A DNA stretch of 32,106 bases from Gemmatimonadota bacterium (GCA_039589315.1 JBDHHQ010000098.1:1-32106); one strand, 5' to 3'. Shown: positions 17,475 to 26,559, counted from the stretch's first letter. The notes: a model not told the origin generated them from the sequence alone. A program made the numbers and translations.

Positions 17475-18641
17475 TCAGAAGCCGATCGCCCACTGGAGCA
17501 CGAACCGGTCGGGCTGATCCTCCTCGAATTCGTATGCCGCCTTCACCGGGGTCGTCGGGCCCATCCAGTAGTTGAGGCCAAGCGCGAGCACCCGCCTTCC
17601 GGGGCGCACGACTTCGGACCCCACCTTTCCATCCAGGAGCTGGTCCCACCGGATCACGGGCTCGAACCCGCCGATCCGACGTGCCGCCTGTACGTAGTAA
17701 CCAGGTTGCTCCATCCTCTCGAAGGATGACTCCTCCTGGAACTCCTGCTGAACCACGACACCTTCCGTGCGCAGCTCGAGGGGGCCGCGGCGCCACTCGA
17801 CGGAAACTCCCAGCGCGTTGTAGTCGAGATAGTTGTCGGGGTCGTATCGCGCGTGGAAAGCGGACACATAGGCCTCGAACGTGCCACCGTGGATCACCCC
17901 GAAGCGCCCGCCCAGCATCTTGTTCTTGTTGTTGTCGGAGAAGGAGACGCCGAATCCCACCTGCGGGACATCGTAGGCCGACGTGGCGCCGGCTCCATCG
18001 GTCGGATCGGCGGCCCTACCCAGTGACGGCCCAGCGACAACCGCGTGGGCGTGCTCTCCGCCATCCGTCTCTTCGACCAGCTTCGGCCCCTGGGTCACGT
18101 AGAGCGAAAGATCCAGGCGCATTTTGGAGCCGGTGGGGTGGGCCCAGCGAAACATGCCTCCGGCATCCGAGAGTACCGGAAGGAGGGACCCTTCGGCGAC
18201 CCCACCGTGAGCGTGGCCGTACAGAAGCGGCGCATTGGGAAGCTTGTTGATCCACGTCGGGTGGATGCGCTCGCTGAACACGCCGAACGGCAACAGGAAC
18301 TTCCCCGCCACCAGAACGACCCGCTCGAAGCCCAGGTAGTCGATCTGTGCGTATTCCAACGTCGTCGTGGTGAGCTCCCCGCTGAGCCCGAATTCGAGCT
18401 CGGACTCGAAGAGCAGGTCACTTCCGAAGTCGTAGAGGAGCACCGGAGATATCGACGCGGCGAAGTCGTTCTGGAAATCACCCTGTGTCTGGGCGCCCCA
18501 TGAGGCCGATCCATAACCCGCCAACACGAGGTTTGCCGTGGGCAGAGGCTCGTCCTCCTGGGCTCCCAGGGGAGACCCTGGTGCGAGCAGCAGGACCATC
18601 GACACCGCCATGACGGCTGCAAGAGATCTCGTCGTGTTCAT
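17475..18641 (-). CDS. Outer-membrane beta-barrel (porin-like) with HAH motifs
   Basis: Signal peptide; LFESELE..LEYAQIDY..AGKFLLPFG..ERIHPTWINKL; GHAHG and EHAHA loops; C-terminal QWAIGF. Confidence 0.85.
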   Translation of the reverse strand: MNTTRSLAAVMAVSMVLLLAPGSPLGAQEDEPLPTANLVLAGYGSASWGAQTQGDFQNDFAASISPVLLYDFGSDLLFESELEFGLSGELTTTTLEYAQIDYLGFERVVLVAGKFLLPFGVFSERIHPTWINKLPNAPLLYGHAHGGVAEGSLLPVLSDAGGMFRWAHPTGSKMRLDLSLYVTQGPKLVEETDGGEHAHAVVAGPSLGRAADPTDGAGATSAYDVPQVGFGVSFSDNNKNKMLGGRFGVIHGGTFEAYVSAFHARYDPDNYLDYNALGVSVEWRRGPLELRTEGVVVQQEFQEESSFERMEQPGYYVQAARRIGGFEPVIRWDQLLDGKVGSEVVRPGRRVLALGLNYWMGPTTPVKAAYEFEEDQPDRFVLQWAIGF

Positions 18642-18677
18642 CGTCCCACTCCTTTCTCCGCGTCGTCGGACGGTCGG

Positions 18678-18731
18678 TCAGTGGGCCTCCACGACCGGGA
18701 AGGTGAACGTGACCTCTTGTTCGTGCCCATA
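18678..18731 (-). pseudogene. 17-aa tail remnant of a second YtkA/FixH-like gene
   Basis: YGHEQEVTFTFPVVEAH* in frame directly after the upstream stop; parallels GEVSFTTHVVHGH*. Confidence 0.5.
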
Positions 18732-19484
18732 TCAGTGACCGTGGACGACGTGCGTGGTGAAGCTGACCTCGCCGAGCAACGCGTCGTGCTCACCGATCTC
18801 GATGGTCGCGAGGAAGTCACCGACGGACACGAACGTATGGTCGGCCACGTAGACCCCCGGCTCCAACTCCTCTGCGTGGTGCTCCTCAACGGAGCCGTCC
18901 GCCTCGGTGCAAATCATGGTCACATGCATACCCTGCAACGGAGGACGCACCCCGAGCTGGTTCCTTTCGGATTCCATGATCCAGAACTTCGCGGTGGCGG
19001 TTTCTCCCTCATGGATGTGGCCGGGGAACGTCTCGAATTCCACGCGTATGCCCGCGATCACCTCGTGGATGCGTACGACGTCGAGGGGCTCAGGCATCGT
19101 GTAGACTACCTCGGGATCCGTCATGCCCTCACGGACCACTGAAACCCGCAGCTCATACTCCCCGCTCGACGAAAACGTGTAAGGCGCCTCCCACACCGCC
19201 CCGTTGAGGGTGAGGGCCGTGCCTCGCCAGGTGTCGGAGCCGACTGCCCGGCGTTCCACGTTGACCTCCGTCAGGTTGGTCATTGCCACCCCGTGATGAT
19301 CCGCGACGCTCACGGTGTAGGTCAGTTCGGTCAGCGTGTGAACGTGGTCACTCGAGAGGGAGAGGGTGGCGGTGAGCTCGTCGTCATGATCGTCATCGTG
19401 GACCGGCTCTGTCGGGTTGTCAGAGCAGCCGATCAGAAGAAGGGCCGTGAAGGACGCTGCGAGAAACGATGTATGAGACATCAC
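18732..19484 (-). CDS. His-rich lipoprotein with two YtkA/FixH-like Ig domains
   Basis: SD AAGGAG; LLIGC lipobox; HDDDH, HVH, HH, HIH, HH and HVVHGH motifs; YTFSSSGEY and HTFVSVGDF repeats. Confidence 0.82.
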   Translation of the reverse strand: MMSHTSFLAASFTALLLIGCSDNPTEPVHDDDHDDELTATLSLSSDHVHTLTELTYTVSVADHHGVAMTNLTEVNVERRAVGSDTWRGTALTLNGAVWEAPYTFSSSGEYELRVSVVREGMTDPEVVYTMPEPLDVVRIHEVIAGIRVEFETFPGHIHEGETATAKFWIMESERNQLGVRPPLQGMHVTMICTEADGSVEEHHAEELEPGVYVADHTFVSVGDFLATIEIGEHDALLGEVSFTTHVVHGH

Positions 19485-19513
19485 GTGCTCCTTTCCAGGC
19501 GATCCCGGGGGAT

Positions 19514-19924
19514 CTAGTGAGTTGACGCTTCGACGGTTATTGATCCGACCATTCCCATCATCTCATGAGGCGTGCAGACGTAATCATGTGTTCCCGGCCG
19601 GAACCGATCGTCGATGACCACGTCGTACGTCTCTCCGGCAGCGAGCAGGAACGGCCCCATAGCTTCGGCCCCGAGATCGGTACCAGTGGGCAGGTCCCTG
19701 AACTCCACGTTGTGGGGAACGAAGCCGGTCTGTACGAAACGAACCGTCTGGCCTGATGACACGGTGATGTCCTTCGGTTCGAAGACGAACTCGGTGGCGG
19801 ACTTGTCCACCATCTTCACGATCACGACGTCGTTACTGTCCATGGTCCGCTGTGCGAGCACGGGACCCTCCGCAATCAGGAGCCCAGCCGCGAGGGCCGA
19901 GAGGGCGAGCGCTCTGCGAATCAT
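19514..19924 (-). CDS. Plastocyanin/azurin family blue copper protein
   Basis: Signal peptide; PHNVEF and YVCTPHEMMGMVG give the type-1 Cu ligands H, C, H, M. Confidence 0.93.
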   Translation of the reverse strand: MIRRALALSALAAGLLIAEGPVLAQRTMDSNDVVIVKMVDKSATEFVFEPKDITVSSGQTVRFVQTGFVPHNVEFRDLPTGTDLGAEAMGPFLLAAGETYDVVIDDRFRPGTHDYVCTPHEMMGMVGSITVEASTH

Positions 19925-19998
19925 GGGACCGGCTCCTCTTCCGTCTATTGAAGGTCCGAAAGCCGTTGGCGTGCTACAGCGATCTGGATCATCTGGAG

Positions 19999-20014
19999 AG
20001 CAAAGGACATGCCG
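19999..20014 (-). promoter_or_regulatory. sigma54 -24/-12 promoter of the cupredoxin operon
   Basis: Minus strand CGGCATGTCCTTTGCT, GG-N10-GC, ~75 bp upstream of ATG 19924. Confidence 0.82.
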
Positions 20015-20088
20015 AGAGTGACTATGACGTGTAACTCGATTATGGACTGAGAGTTACGTCGCACCGAGCTTCGCCACTCCAGGGAAGG

Positions 20089-20150
20089 GGTGGGGGGTTT
20101 CCCCCGATTCGGGGTGGAGTTCAGCGGGAAAGTGGGTTATTTAACCCACT
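20089..20150. promoter_or_regulatory. Upstream activator sites for the sigma54 enhancer-binding regulator
   Basis: Palindrome AGTGGGTTA-TT-TAACCCACT (20131-20150) and a degenerate partner GGTGGGGGGTTTCCCCCGAT (20089-20108), 42 bp apart. Confidence 0.65.
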
Positions 20151-20226
20151 CAGGGTGTCTCGGTCGGGGCGTTCGGATGGATCGCCCCAGCGGTCCAGAA
20201 GAGCGACCGATCTCCCTGGAGAAGGG

Positions 20227-22062
20227 ATGCGGATGAAGCGAGACTCACCACCGGGCGAAAACACGCGGCATGGCCGCCGTAAGCTGGGCCGGAGGTTGCT
20301 GGGCTGGTTTCTGATCCTCTCGCTCGTGCCGCTGTTCGCGTCCAGCCTGATCGGTTACTTGCGAAGCCGGTCGATCATCGAGGGGCTCGTCGCGCGGTAT
20401 CTCGCAGGTATCGCGGAGGCTCAGGCGGTGCACGTCCGGGATCAGATCCAAGAGCAACTGCTCCTCCTAGAGCAGTCTGCGCGGCCGCTCCGGTTCGAAG
20501 CGGTCGGCAACGACACCGACGCCACGCGTGCGATGTTGTCGAGCCTGCTGGACGATCAGCCGTGGCTCGAAGCCGTGTGCATCCTCGATCGGAACGGCAC
20601 GATCCGATCGTCGGCTCCACTGCCGCCCGCGGATCTCCGGGTCTGGTTGCCCACACCGGTCGACGCCCCTGAACGCCCAGTTGAAGTGGTCCCCGGAGCC
20701 GTTCCCAGCGAGCCTCCGTTGGTGCGCCTGGCCGTTCCGCTGGAAGGGGACTCTGTGACTGCCGCTCCGGGATACCTGGCAGCGCTCGTGATCATCCGCG
20801 GTGGGGGCCAGTTCCTTCAGATCCCGGAGCACGTCGCCGGGACCGTAGAAAGTTTCGTGCTGGACAGCAACGGCCGCCCGCTCTTCGTCTCCCATCCTCA
20901 CGGGCATGTGGACTACAGTGTCGCCCTGGCGACGCCTCTTCTCGGCGGCACCCAGGGTGAGTCGGTTCGGTACGAGGATCGGCTCGGTATCACGGTCATC
21001 GGTACCATCGTCCCCGTACCCGATAGTGACTGGTTGGTCATCACCGAAGCGCCCGTCGCCATGGCCCTCGAGGACCTGGCGCTACTGAGACGCGTATCGA
21101 TCGCGCTGGCAGTCCTGTTCGTGGCCGTCGTCGGTCTCACATCCCTGTTCGTTGCGGCACAGATCGTGGCACCGGTGCGCCGCCTCGTGGAGGGCGCTCG
21201 GAAGATCGGAGGAGGAGACCTGGACGCTCGAGTCCAGGTGGCCGGGGACGATGAGATCGGGACCCTCGGGGCGGCGTTCAACCAGATGGCCGACGATCTG
21301 GCGATGACGTCGGCCGAGATCGAGAAGCTGCACCGGAAGGAGTTGGAGCGTGCCGGCCAGCTCGCGACGGTAGGGGAGTTGGCGTCCGGGGTCGCCCACG
21401 AGCTCAAGAACCCTGTCGTGAGCATCTCCAGCGGCCTCGACCTGGTGACGCGGCGCACCGGGGACGATCCGACGCTGGCCCCGATCGTCACCGAAATGAA
21501 CCGGCAACTGAAGCGGATCGAAGTGGCCGTGCGGGACCTCCTCGCCTTCGCCCGCCCCCGGGAGCCGTCGCTCTCCCCGACGACGTCCAAGCACCTCCTG
21601 GATCGTGCCGTTACCCTCGTCCAGCCAGCCGCCGACGCGGCTGGGGTGCTCCTGACCGTCGACAGGGACTCCGAGCTACCTGTCGTCGTCGACGAGGAGA
21701 TGATCACACAGGTCCTGGTCAACCTGGTGGTGAACGCGGTCCAGGCCACCGATCGGAACGGAGAGGTCCGGATCTTGGCTCGTGAGGCCGGCGACCGTGT
21801 CGTCGTCGAGGTGCGCGACGAAGGATCCGGAATCTCACCGGACCGACTGGCACAGATCTTCAAGCCCTTCTACACCACCAAACACCGGGGTACGGGGCTG
21901 GGTCTCTCCATCTCGAGAGGAATCGCCGAAAGGCACGGAGGCTCGATTACGGTGGATAGCACGGAGGGTGTCGGGACGGTGTTCTACATGACGCTCCCGG
22001 GATTCGCGGAACCACGCGTGCAAGATCGAGATCCCGACGAGCGGGCTCCCTCTGGGGAGTAA
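20227..22062 (+). CDS. Sensor histidine kinase (Cache-HAMP-HisKA-HATPase; ZraS/NtrB-like)
   Basis: Two TMs; HAMP (DEIGTLGAAFNQM); VAHELKNP; N/G1/F/G2 boxes; periplasmic SHPHGH. Start uncertain (20227 or 20233). Confidence 0.93.
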   Translation: MRMKRDSPPGENTRHGRRKLGRRLLGWFLILSLVPLFASSLIGYLRSRSIIEGLVARYLAGIAEAQAVHVRDQIQEQLLLLEQSARPLRFEAVGNDTDATRAMLSSLLDDQPWLEAVCILDRNGTIRSSAPLPPADLRVWLPTPVDAPERPVEVVPGAVPSEPPLVRLAVPLEGDSVTAAPGYLAALVIIRGGGQFLQIPEHVAGTVESFVLDSNGRPLFVSHPHGHVDYSVALATPLLGGTQGESVRYEDRLGITVIGTIVPVPDSDWLVITEAPVAMALEDLALLRRVSIALAVLFVAVVGLTSLFVAAQIVAPVRRLVEGARKIGGGDLDARVQVAGDDEIGTLGAAFNQMADDLAMTSAEIEKLHRKELERAGQLATVGELASGVAHELKNPVVSISSGLDLVTRRTGDDPTLAPIVTEMNRQLKRIEVAVRDLLAFARPREPSLSPTTSKHLLDRAVTLVQPAADAAGVLLTVDRDSELPVVVDEEMITQVLVNLVVNAVQATDRNGEVRILAREAGDRVVVEVRDEGSGISPDRLAQIFKPFYTTKHRGTGLGLSISRGIAERHGGSITVDSTEGVGTVFYMTLPGFAEPRVQDRDPDERAPSGE

Positions 22063-22066
22063 TGCC

Positions 22067-23437
22067 ATGTCACCGAGTCGTGTTTACGTGTGTGACGATG
22101 AGCTCCTGATCCGCATGTGGCTCGCTGAGCATCTTGCCGAAGGAGGGTACGACGTTTCGACATTCGAGACGGGCGGCGCGTGCACGGAAGCCTTCCATCG
22201 GCAGCCGTGTGATCTGGTGCTGTTGGATCTCAAGCTGCCGGACCGCTCCGGCCTACAGGTCCTGGAGGAGCTCCGCGCGGCTGATCCCACGCTCCCCGTG
22301 ATCATGATCTCGGCTCACGGAGAAGTGGAAACAGCGGTTGCGGCCGTGCGAGCAGGTGCCTTCCACTTCCTGGAAAAGCCGGTCGAGCTGGCCCAGCTCC
22401 TGGTGATGGTCGAGCAGGCTCTTCAGACCCGCCGGCTTCTCGGTCAACTGGAGCGGTACCGCGAAGGTCACCGGTGGCAGTTCTCGGACGTTGCATTGGT
22501 GGGCCGCTCGCCGGCTCTCGAAAAGGTGGCCGACACGATCACGCGGCTGGGAACACGCGGGACACCGTCCACCGTACTCGTCCGAGGCGAGAGTGGAACG
22601 GGCAAGGACGTGATTGCCAGGGCGATTCACGCTCGTGGGCCGCGGCAAGACAATCCGTTCCTCAGCGTCAACTGTACGGCTCTTCCGGAGACCCTCGTCG
22701 AGAGCGAGCTGTTCGGTCACGAGGCCGGAGCCTACACGGACGCCAAGCAGACCAAACGCGGTTTGTTCGAGCTGGCCGACGGCGGCACGGTCCTTCTGGA
22801 CGAGGTGGGGGACATGCCGCCTCCGGGACAGGCCAAGCTCCTCCAGTTCCTGGAGACCCACCGGTTCCGCCGGGTCGGGGGGGTGCGAGACCTGGAAGTC
22901 GACGTCCAGGTGATCGCAGCGACCCACCGCGACCTCGAGTCCGCGGTGCAGGAAGGTACTTTTCGTGAGGATCTGTTCTACCGCCTGAATGTGATACCGA
23001 TCGAGCTGCCCCCGCTTCGTGAGCGTCCGGAAGACATCGTACCCCTGGCAGCCCACTTCCTCGACGTACTAACCCAGGAGATGAGTCTGTCGCCCCGGGG
23101 TTTCGACGAAGACGCGCTGAGCGCGCTGGAGTCGTACCCCTGGCCGGGGAACGCCCGGGAGCTGCGAAACGTGATTGAGCGGCTCCTCCTTCTGACCGAC
23201 GACGAGTGCCTGAGCGTGGAGCTGCTACCGCCGGAGATCACGGGCGCGTCGATACCGCCCGACGAGGCGTTCCCTCTTCCGTCTTCGGGCGTCGAGCTCG
23301 AGAGCGTCGAGAAGGCGCTGATCCTTCAGGCGCTCGAGCGAACGTCGGGGAACAAGAGCCGGGCCGCCCGCCTGCTTGGCATCTCCCGGGATACGCTGCG
23401 CTACCGACTCGAGAAGCACGGGCTGGTGGACGGCTGA
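22067..23437 (+). CDS. sigma54-dependent response regulator (NtrC/ZraR family)
   Basis: REC domain; GESGTGKD; ESELFGHEAGAYTDA; FREDLFYRLNV; WPGNARELRN; Fis-type HTH. Confidence 0.96.
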   Translation: MSPSRVYVCDDELLIRMWLAEHLAEGGYDVSTFETGGACTEAFHRQPCDLVLLDLKLPDRSGLQVLEELRAADPTLPVIMISAHGEVETAVAAVRAGAFHFLEKPVELAQLLVMVEQALQTRRLLGQLERYREGHRWQFSDVALVGRSPALEKVADTITRLGTRGTPSTVLVRGESGTGKDVIARAIHARGPRQDNPFLSVNCTALPETLVESELFGHEAGAYTDAKQTKRGLFELADGGTVLLDEVGDMPPPGQAKLLQFLETHRFRRVGGVRDLEVDVQVIAATHRDLESAVQEGTFREDLFYRLNVIPIELPPLRERPEDIVPLAAHFLDVLTQEMSLSPRGFDEDALSALESYPWPGNARELRNVIERLLLLTDDECLSVELLPPEITGASIPPDEAFPLPSSGVELESVEKALILQALERTSGNKSRAARLLGISRDTLRYRLEKHGLVDG

Positions 23438-23530
23438 CGGGACAGACGGAAACCCCACCGCAGAGGCCAACGGCCCCCTGGGAGATATCGGTGCAGGCTG
23501 TAGAACGGGACGGCGCCCCCGGCTGGCGCC

Positions 23531-23743
23531 CTACCCGGCCGTCGTGAACGTGAACAGCATCCCGTAGGTGCCGTTGGGGTGCTGCCACCCAGGATCGTTC
23601 AGATGAGCGTGGGGCCCCATGGGTCCCATGGGCCCCATACCGAGCCGCTCGCCCGTGCACCACTCTCCACCGAGCTGGAACCCTTGGCGCTCGAAGTTCA
23701 CGTAGTGCCCACGGTCATCGCGCACGCCACCGCCCACGTGGAT
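23531..23743 (-). pseudogene. C-terminal remnant of a Met/His-rich Ig-like domain protein
   Basis: IHVGGGVRDDRGHYVNF..GMGPMGPMGPHAHLNDPGWQHPNGTYGMLFTFTTAG*; no credible N-terminus. Confidence 0.55.
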
Positions 23744-24068
23744 CTGAGGGACAGGAGTTGTCCGGCCACGGCAAGTTCTTGGCAACAGCACCGAACCGGG
23801 GCGGAGAATGGTTGGTGTCCGCCGCATGCTTCAACTGGGACGCTCCGCTGGGCGGCTAACGCCTCGGCACCGACTGGACACCTCGGACAGGACGGACAGC
23901 ACACCACAAGCACACAACGGAGGATCGGGACCGCCGCCGCACGACGATCCCGATCTCGTACCTCTTCTACCTTGTATCCTCTTACCACCCAGTGCCCCGC
24001 CAGAACGCTGGCGAGGACCTCGCAGAGGGCACTATATTGGGAGAGTCGTCTTAGGAGGTTTTTGCCCG

Positions 24069-24668
24069 ATGAGCTCCGCGCCGTCATCGGGAGCCAGGGT
24101 TCCAACCGATTCGAGCGCGGTGGCCGAGCGCTACCGTGCCGCCATCTACCGCTACGTCTCCCGCCTGGTCGCCAATTCGAGCCTCGCGGACGATCTCACG
24201 CAGGAGACCTTCGTACGCGTCCATCAACATCTCGATGAGCTGAAGGAGCATGCCGCTCTGGAGGCGTGGCTCTACCGGGTCGCCACGAACGTCTGTTACG
24301 ATCATTTCCGGAGGCGGGACCAGCGTCAGCCCGGACTGCCTCTGCCGGGACAAGATGATGGGTGGGATCCGCCTGTCGCAGAAGCCGACGCTCTCCGGCC
24401 AGACCAGCTCCTGGAGCGGAGCGAGATGAGCGACTGCGTTCTGCGCTTCCTGATCGAGCTGCCGGAGGCGCGCCGTCGGGTGTTGATCCTCCACGATCTG
24501 CAGGGCTACACCAATCCAGAGATCGCCCGGCTGCTCGGCCTCTCCCTGGAGAACGTGAAGATCCGCCTCCACCGGGCTCGGGCCCGCCTCCGGGCCGAGC
24601 TGTCCGGGGGGTGCGACTTCTCCCGAGACGAGCGGGGCGTGTTCGTCTGCGAGCCGAAGCGCAGCTGA
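24069..24668 (+). CDS. ECF sigma-70 factor with a Cys-containing C-terminal extension
   Basis: SD AGGAGG + ATG 24069; DDLTQETF, AWLYRVATN and NVKIRLHRAR motifs; tail GCDFSRDERGVFVCEPK. Confidence 0.93.
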   Translation: MSSAPSSGARVPTDSSAVAERYRAAIYRYVSRLVANSSLADDLTQETFVRVHQHLDELKEHAALEAWLYRVATNVCYDHFRRRDQRQPGLPLPGQDDGWDPPVAEADALRPDQLLERSEMSDCVLRFLIELPEARRRVLILHDLQGYTNPEIARLLGLSLENVKIRLHRARARLRAELSGGCDFSRDERGVFVCEPKRS

Positions 24669-24719
24669 CGAGGCGCCCCCAGGCGTATTCCCTTCTTCCG
24701 CGGCCCCGCCCAGGGCAGG

Positions 24720-24746
24720 TGTATCCTTTTCCCTCTCCGTGTCGTC
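24720..24746 (+). promoter_or_regulatory. Candidate ECF-type promoter for the DGC gene
   Basis: GTATCC-16 bp-CGTC; TGTATCCTyTT also occurs at 23973-23983 upstream of the sigma gene. Confidence 0.5.
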
Positions 24747-24832
24747 CTCACGCATGGGAGCAGGGTCCGCCCTTCACGTGTGGGCCGGCCCGGCCCGCTC
24801 GTCCGGTGAAGTCGTTTCAAGGGAGGAGAGCC

Positions 24833-25330
24833 ATGAACGCAGACCGTTCCACATTCCAGATCGAGGTCGAGGGGACCACCGGTCATTGCCCAGCTGGCGA
24901 CCGCTACGCGGAGGAGCAGATCCGCGAAGGACGGATCCCGGTGCTGTCCTGTGAGGGACCGTGCATCCGGGGCGAGATCGCCCGACAGGCCGCCAACCTG
25001 ATCGGCAAGGAGCCCGGTTTCGCCCGGGCGTGCCAGGGCGAGACAATGGCCGTGCCGCACTCGACCATGGCCCGTTGGGTCCGCCAGTCCGAGGAAGTGG
25101 TGGTGCTGGACGGCTGCTTCCTCCGCTGCCAGGCGCGCATGATGCGACAGATGCTCCGCCCCGACCAGCTCGTCGAGCTCGACGCTCTGCCCATGTACCG
25201 GAAGTACACCGACCTCTTCGAGATCGACAGCGTGCCGGAGGACGAGCGCAAAGCGGTCGCCGAGGAGGTGTCGCGCCTGATCATCATGGAGCTCGCGTCG
25301 CGGCAGACCGATAGGGCCGCGGCGGATTGA
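24833..25330 (+). CDS. DGC-domain putative zinc-binding protein
   Basis: SD GGAGGAG + ATG 24833; SCEGPC..GEIARQAA..AC..LDGCFLRC. Confidence 0.85.
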   Translation: MNADRSTFQIEVEGTTGHCPAGDRYAEEQIREGRIPVLSCEGPCIRGEIARQAANLIGKEPGFARACQGETMAVPHSTMARWVRQSEEVVVLDGCFLRCQARMMRQMLRPDQLVELDALPMYRKYTDLFEIDSVPEDERKAVAEEVSRLIIMELASRQTDRAAAD

Positions 25331-25379
25331 CGAGCCCGGCCTTTCAGGCCGTGTGCATACGATGGAAGGGGATGACGAG

Positions 25380-25964
25380 ATGCGTATTAGGAGGAGTTTC
25401 TTCAGCATTGCATGGGCTTCTCTCCTCAGCGGCTGCATGATGACGGGCGGGGCGTGGCACGGGGACCGAGCTCCCGCGATAGGCCACATGGCGTCCTTGG
25501 GGAGCTCGCAGGTCAGCGAGGTGACACGGATGGTGGAGGCGAACAACGGACGCCTCACGATCGAACTTTCCTTCGCGACTCCTGGGTCGGGCGAGGAGCT
25601 GCCGATCGATGCCACCTTGAGCGAGGACGGCGTCACGCGCAAGCCGACGCACGGGGACGTCCGGCTGAATATCCGGACACCCGGAGGGAGCGTGGACCAG
25701 CTCCGCATGGAGCCTCTCGGCCTCTCGCAGGGTGCGACTCACCAGACACGCTACCGCTTCGCTGACGCGGGCCTCTACCAGCTCACCGCGGAGGGGCGGA
25801 TGGGCAGCGGCGTCGACGCGCGAACCGTCTCGGTCACAACGGAGACGGAGGTCGGCGGACGGATGCGCGGACATGAGGACGGATGGCTCGTACCCGCCGC
25901 TGTTCTCGGAGGACTGGGAATGGTCGGGATGATGCTCCTGATGATGGGTGGCTCAGCACACTGA
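25380..25964 (+). CDS. YtkA/FixH-like lipoprotein with a Met-rich C-terminal TM helix
   Basis: LLSGC lipobox; YRFADAGLYQL; GGLGMVGMMLLMM tail. Confidence 0.65.
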   Translation: MRIRRSFFSIAWASLLSGCMMTGGAWHGDRAPAIGHMASLGSSQVSEVTRMVEANNGRLTIELSFATPGSGEELPIDATLSEDGVTRKPTHGDVRLNIRTPGGSVDQLRMEPLGLSQGATHQTRYRFADAGLYQLTAEGRMGSGVDARTVSVTTETEVGGRMRGHEDGWLVPAAVLGGLGMVGMMLLMMGGSAH

Positions 25965-25970
25965 GCCACG

Positions 25971-26162
25971 GCGCTGATACCGATCGGTCTGTTCGCGGTG
26001 GCCGACTGGCGGGAGGATCTGACTGGGCTCCTCGTCGCCGGGTTCGCCCTAATGCCGCTCGGGACGAGCCTGACCGCCTTCTGTCCGGGCTATCCGCCGT
26101 TCGGGATCTCCACGCTTCAGAGGGGGCGAGGTTCAACCGAGGCGTCCACTGCATCGGGATGA
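25971..26162 (+). pseudogene. 5'-truncated DUF2892 (YgaP-like) membrane protein
   Basis: ..LLVAGFALMPLGTSLTAFCPGYPPFGIST.. (FCPxYxxFGIST); no start codon. Confidence 0.7.
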
Positions 26163-26199
26163 AGTTGGGATCACAATGAACTGAACGGAGGAGAACGGG

Positions 26200-26415
26200 G
26201 TGATGGACGATAGCGAGAGGGCTGCCGGAAAGTCGGGCGCGTCAGAGACGGCCGTGCCCGCAGGGATGGTGGGAATGATAGAGCGGGCGGGCTGCCGCTG
26301 CGCCGAGATGATGCCCCGGATGATGGCCATGTGCGCCGGCACGGACCAAGACGGGGAGGTGGCTGAGCCCACTGAGACCGCAGCTGCGGGATCGGAGGGG
26401 GAAATGGATCCGTAG
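26200..26415 (+). CDS. Small Cys/Met-rich protein
   Basis: SD GGAGGAG; GCRCAEMMPRMMAMC. Confidence 0.6.
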   Translation: MMDDSERAAGKSGASETAVPAGMVGMIERAGCRCAEMMPRMMAMCAGTDQDGEVAEPTETAAAGSEGEMDP

Positions 26416-26559
26416 CTTGCTGGGCCCGTCTCCCGGGCCGCGGTCGACCTGGCGTGGGGCCCCGAAAGGGCTTCGCGCTCTCGGGCACGGGCCTCGGACC
26501 CTATCCGAGAATCGGCAGAAGCCAATGGATCGCGCACGCCGCGAAAATGCCGAGCTTAC

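Noticed and set aside
16982..18641. Calling the porin and cytochrome Cyc2 or MtrAB
   Set aside because: Cyc2 is an N-terminal heme-barrel fusion and MtrA is decaheme. Here the monoheme cytochrome is a separate downstream gene, so the comparison is only an analogy.
23769..23784. Possible sigma54 site CGGCAAGTTCTTGGCA on the plus strand
   Set aside because: The GG-N10-GC spacing fits, but the -12 lacks TTGC, it is ~285 bp from the next start and no activator site is visible.
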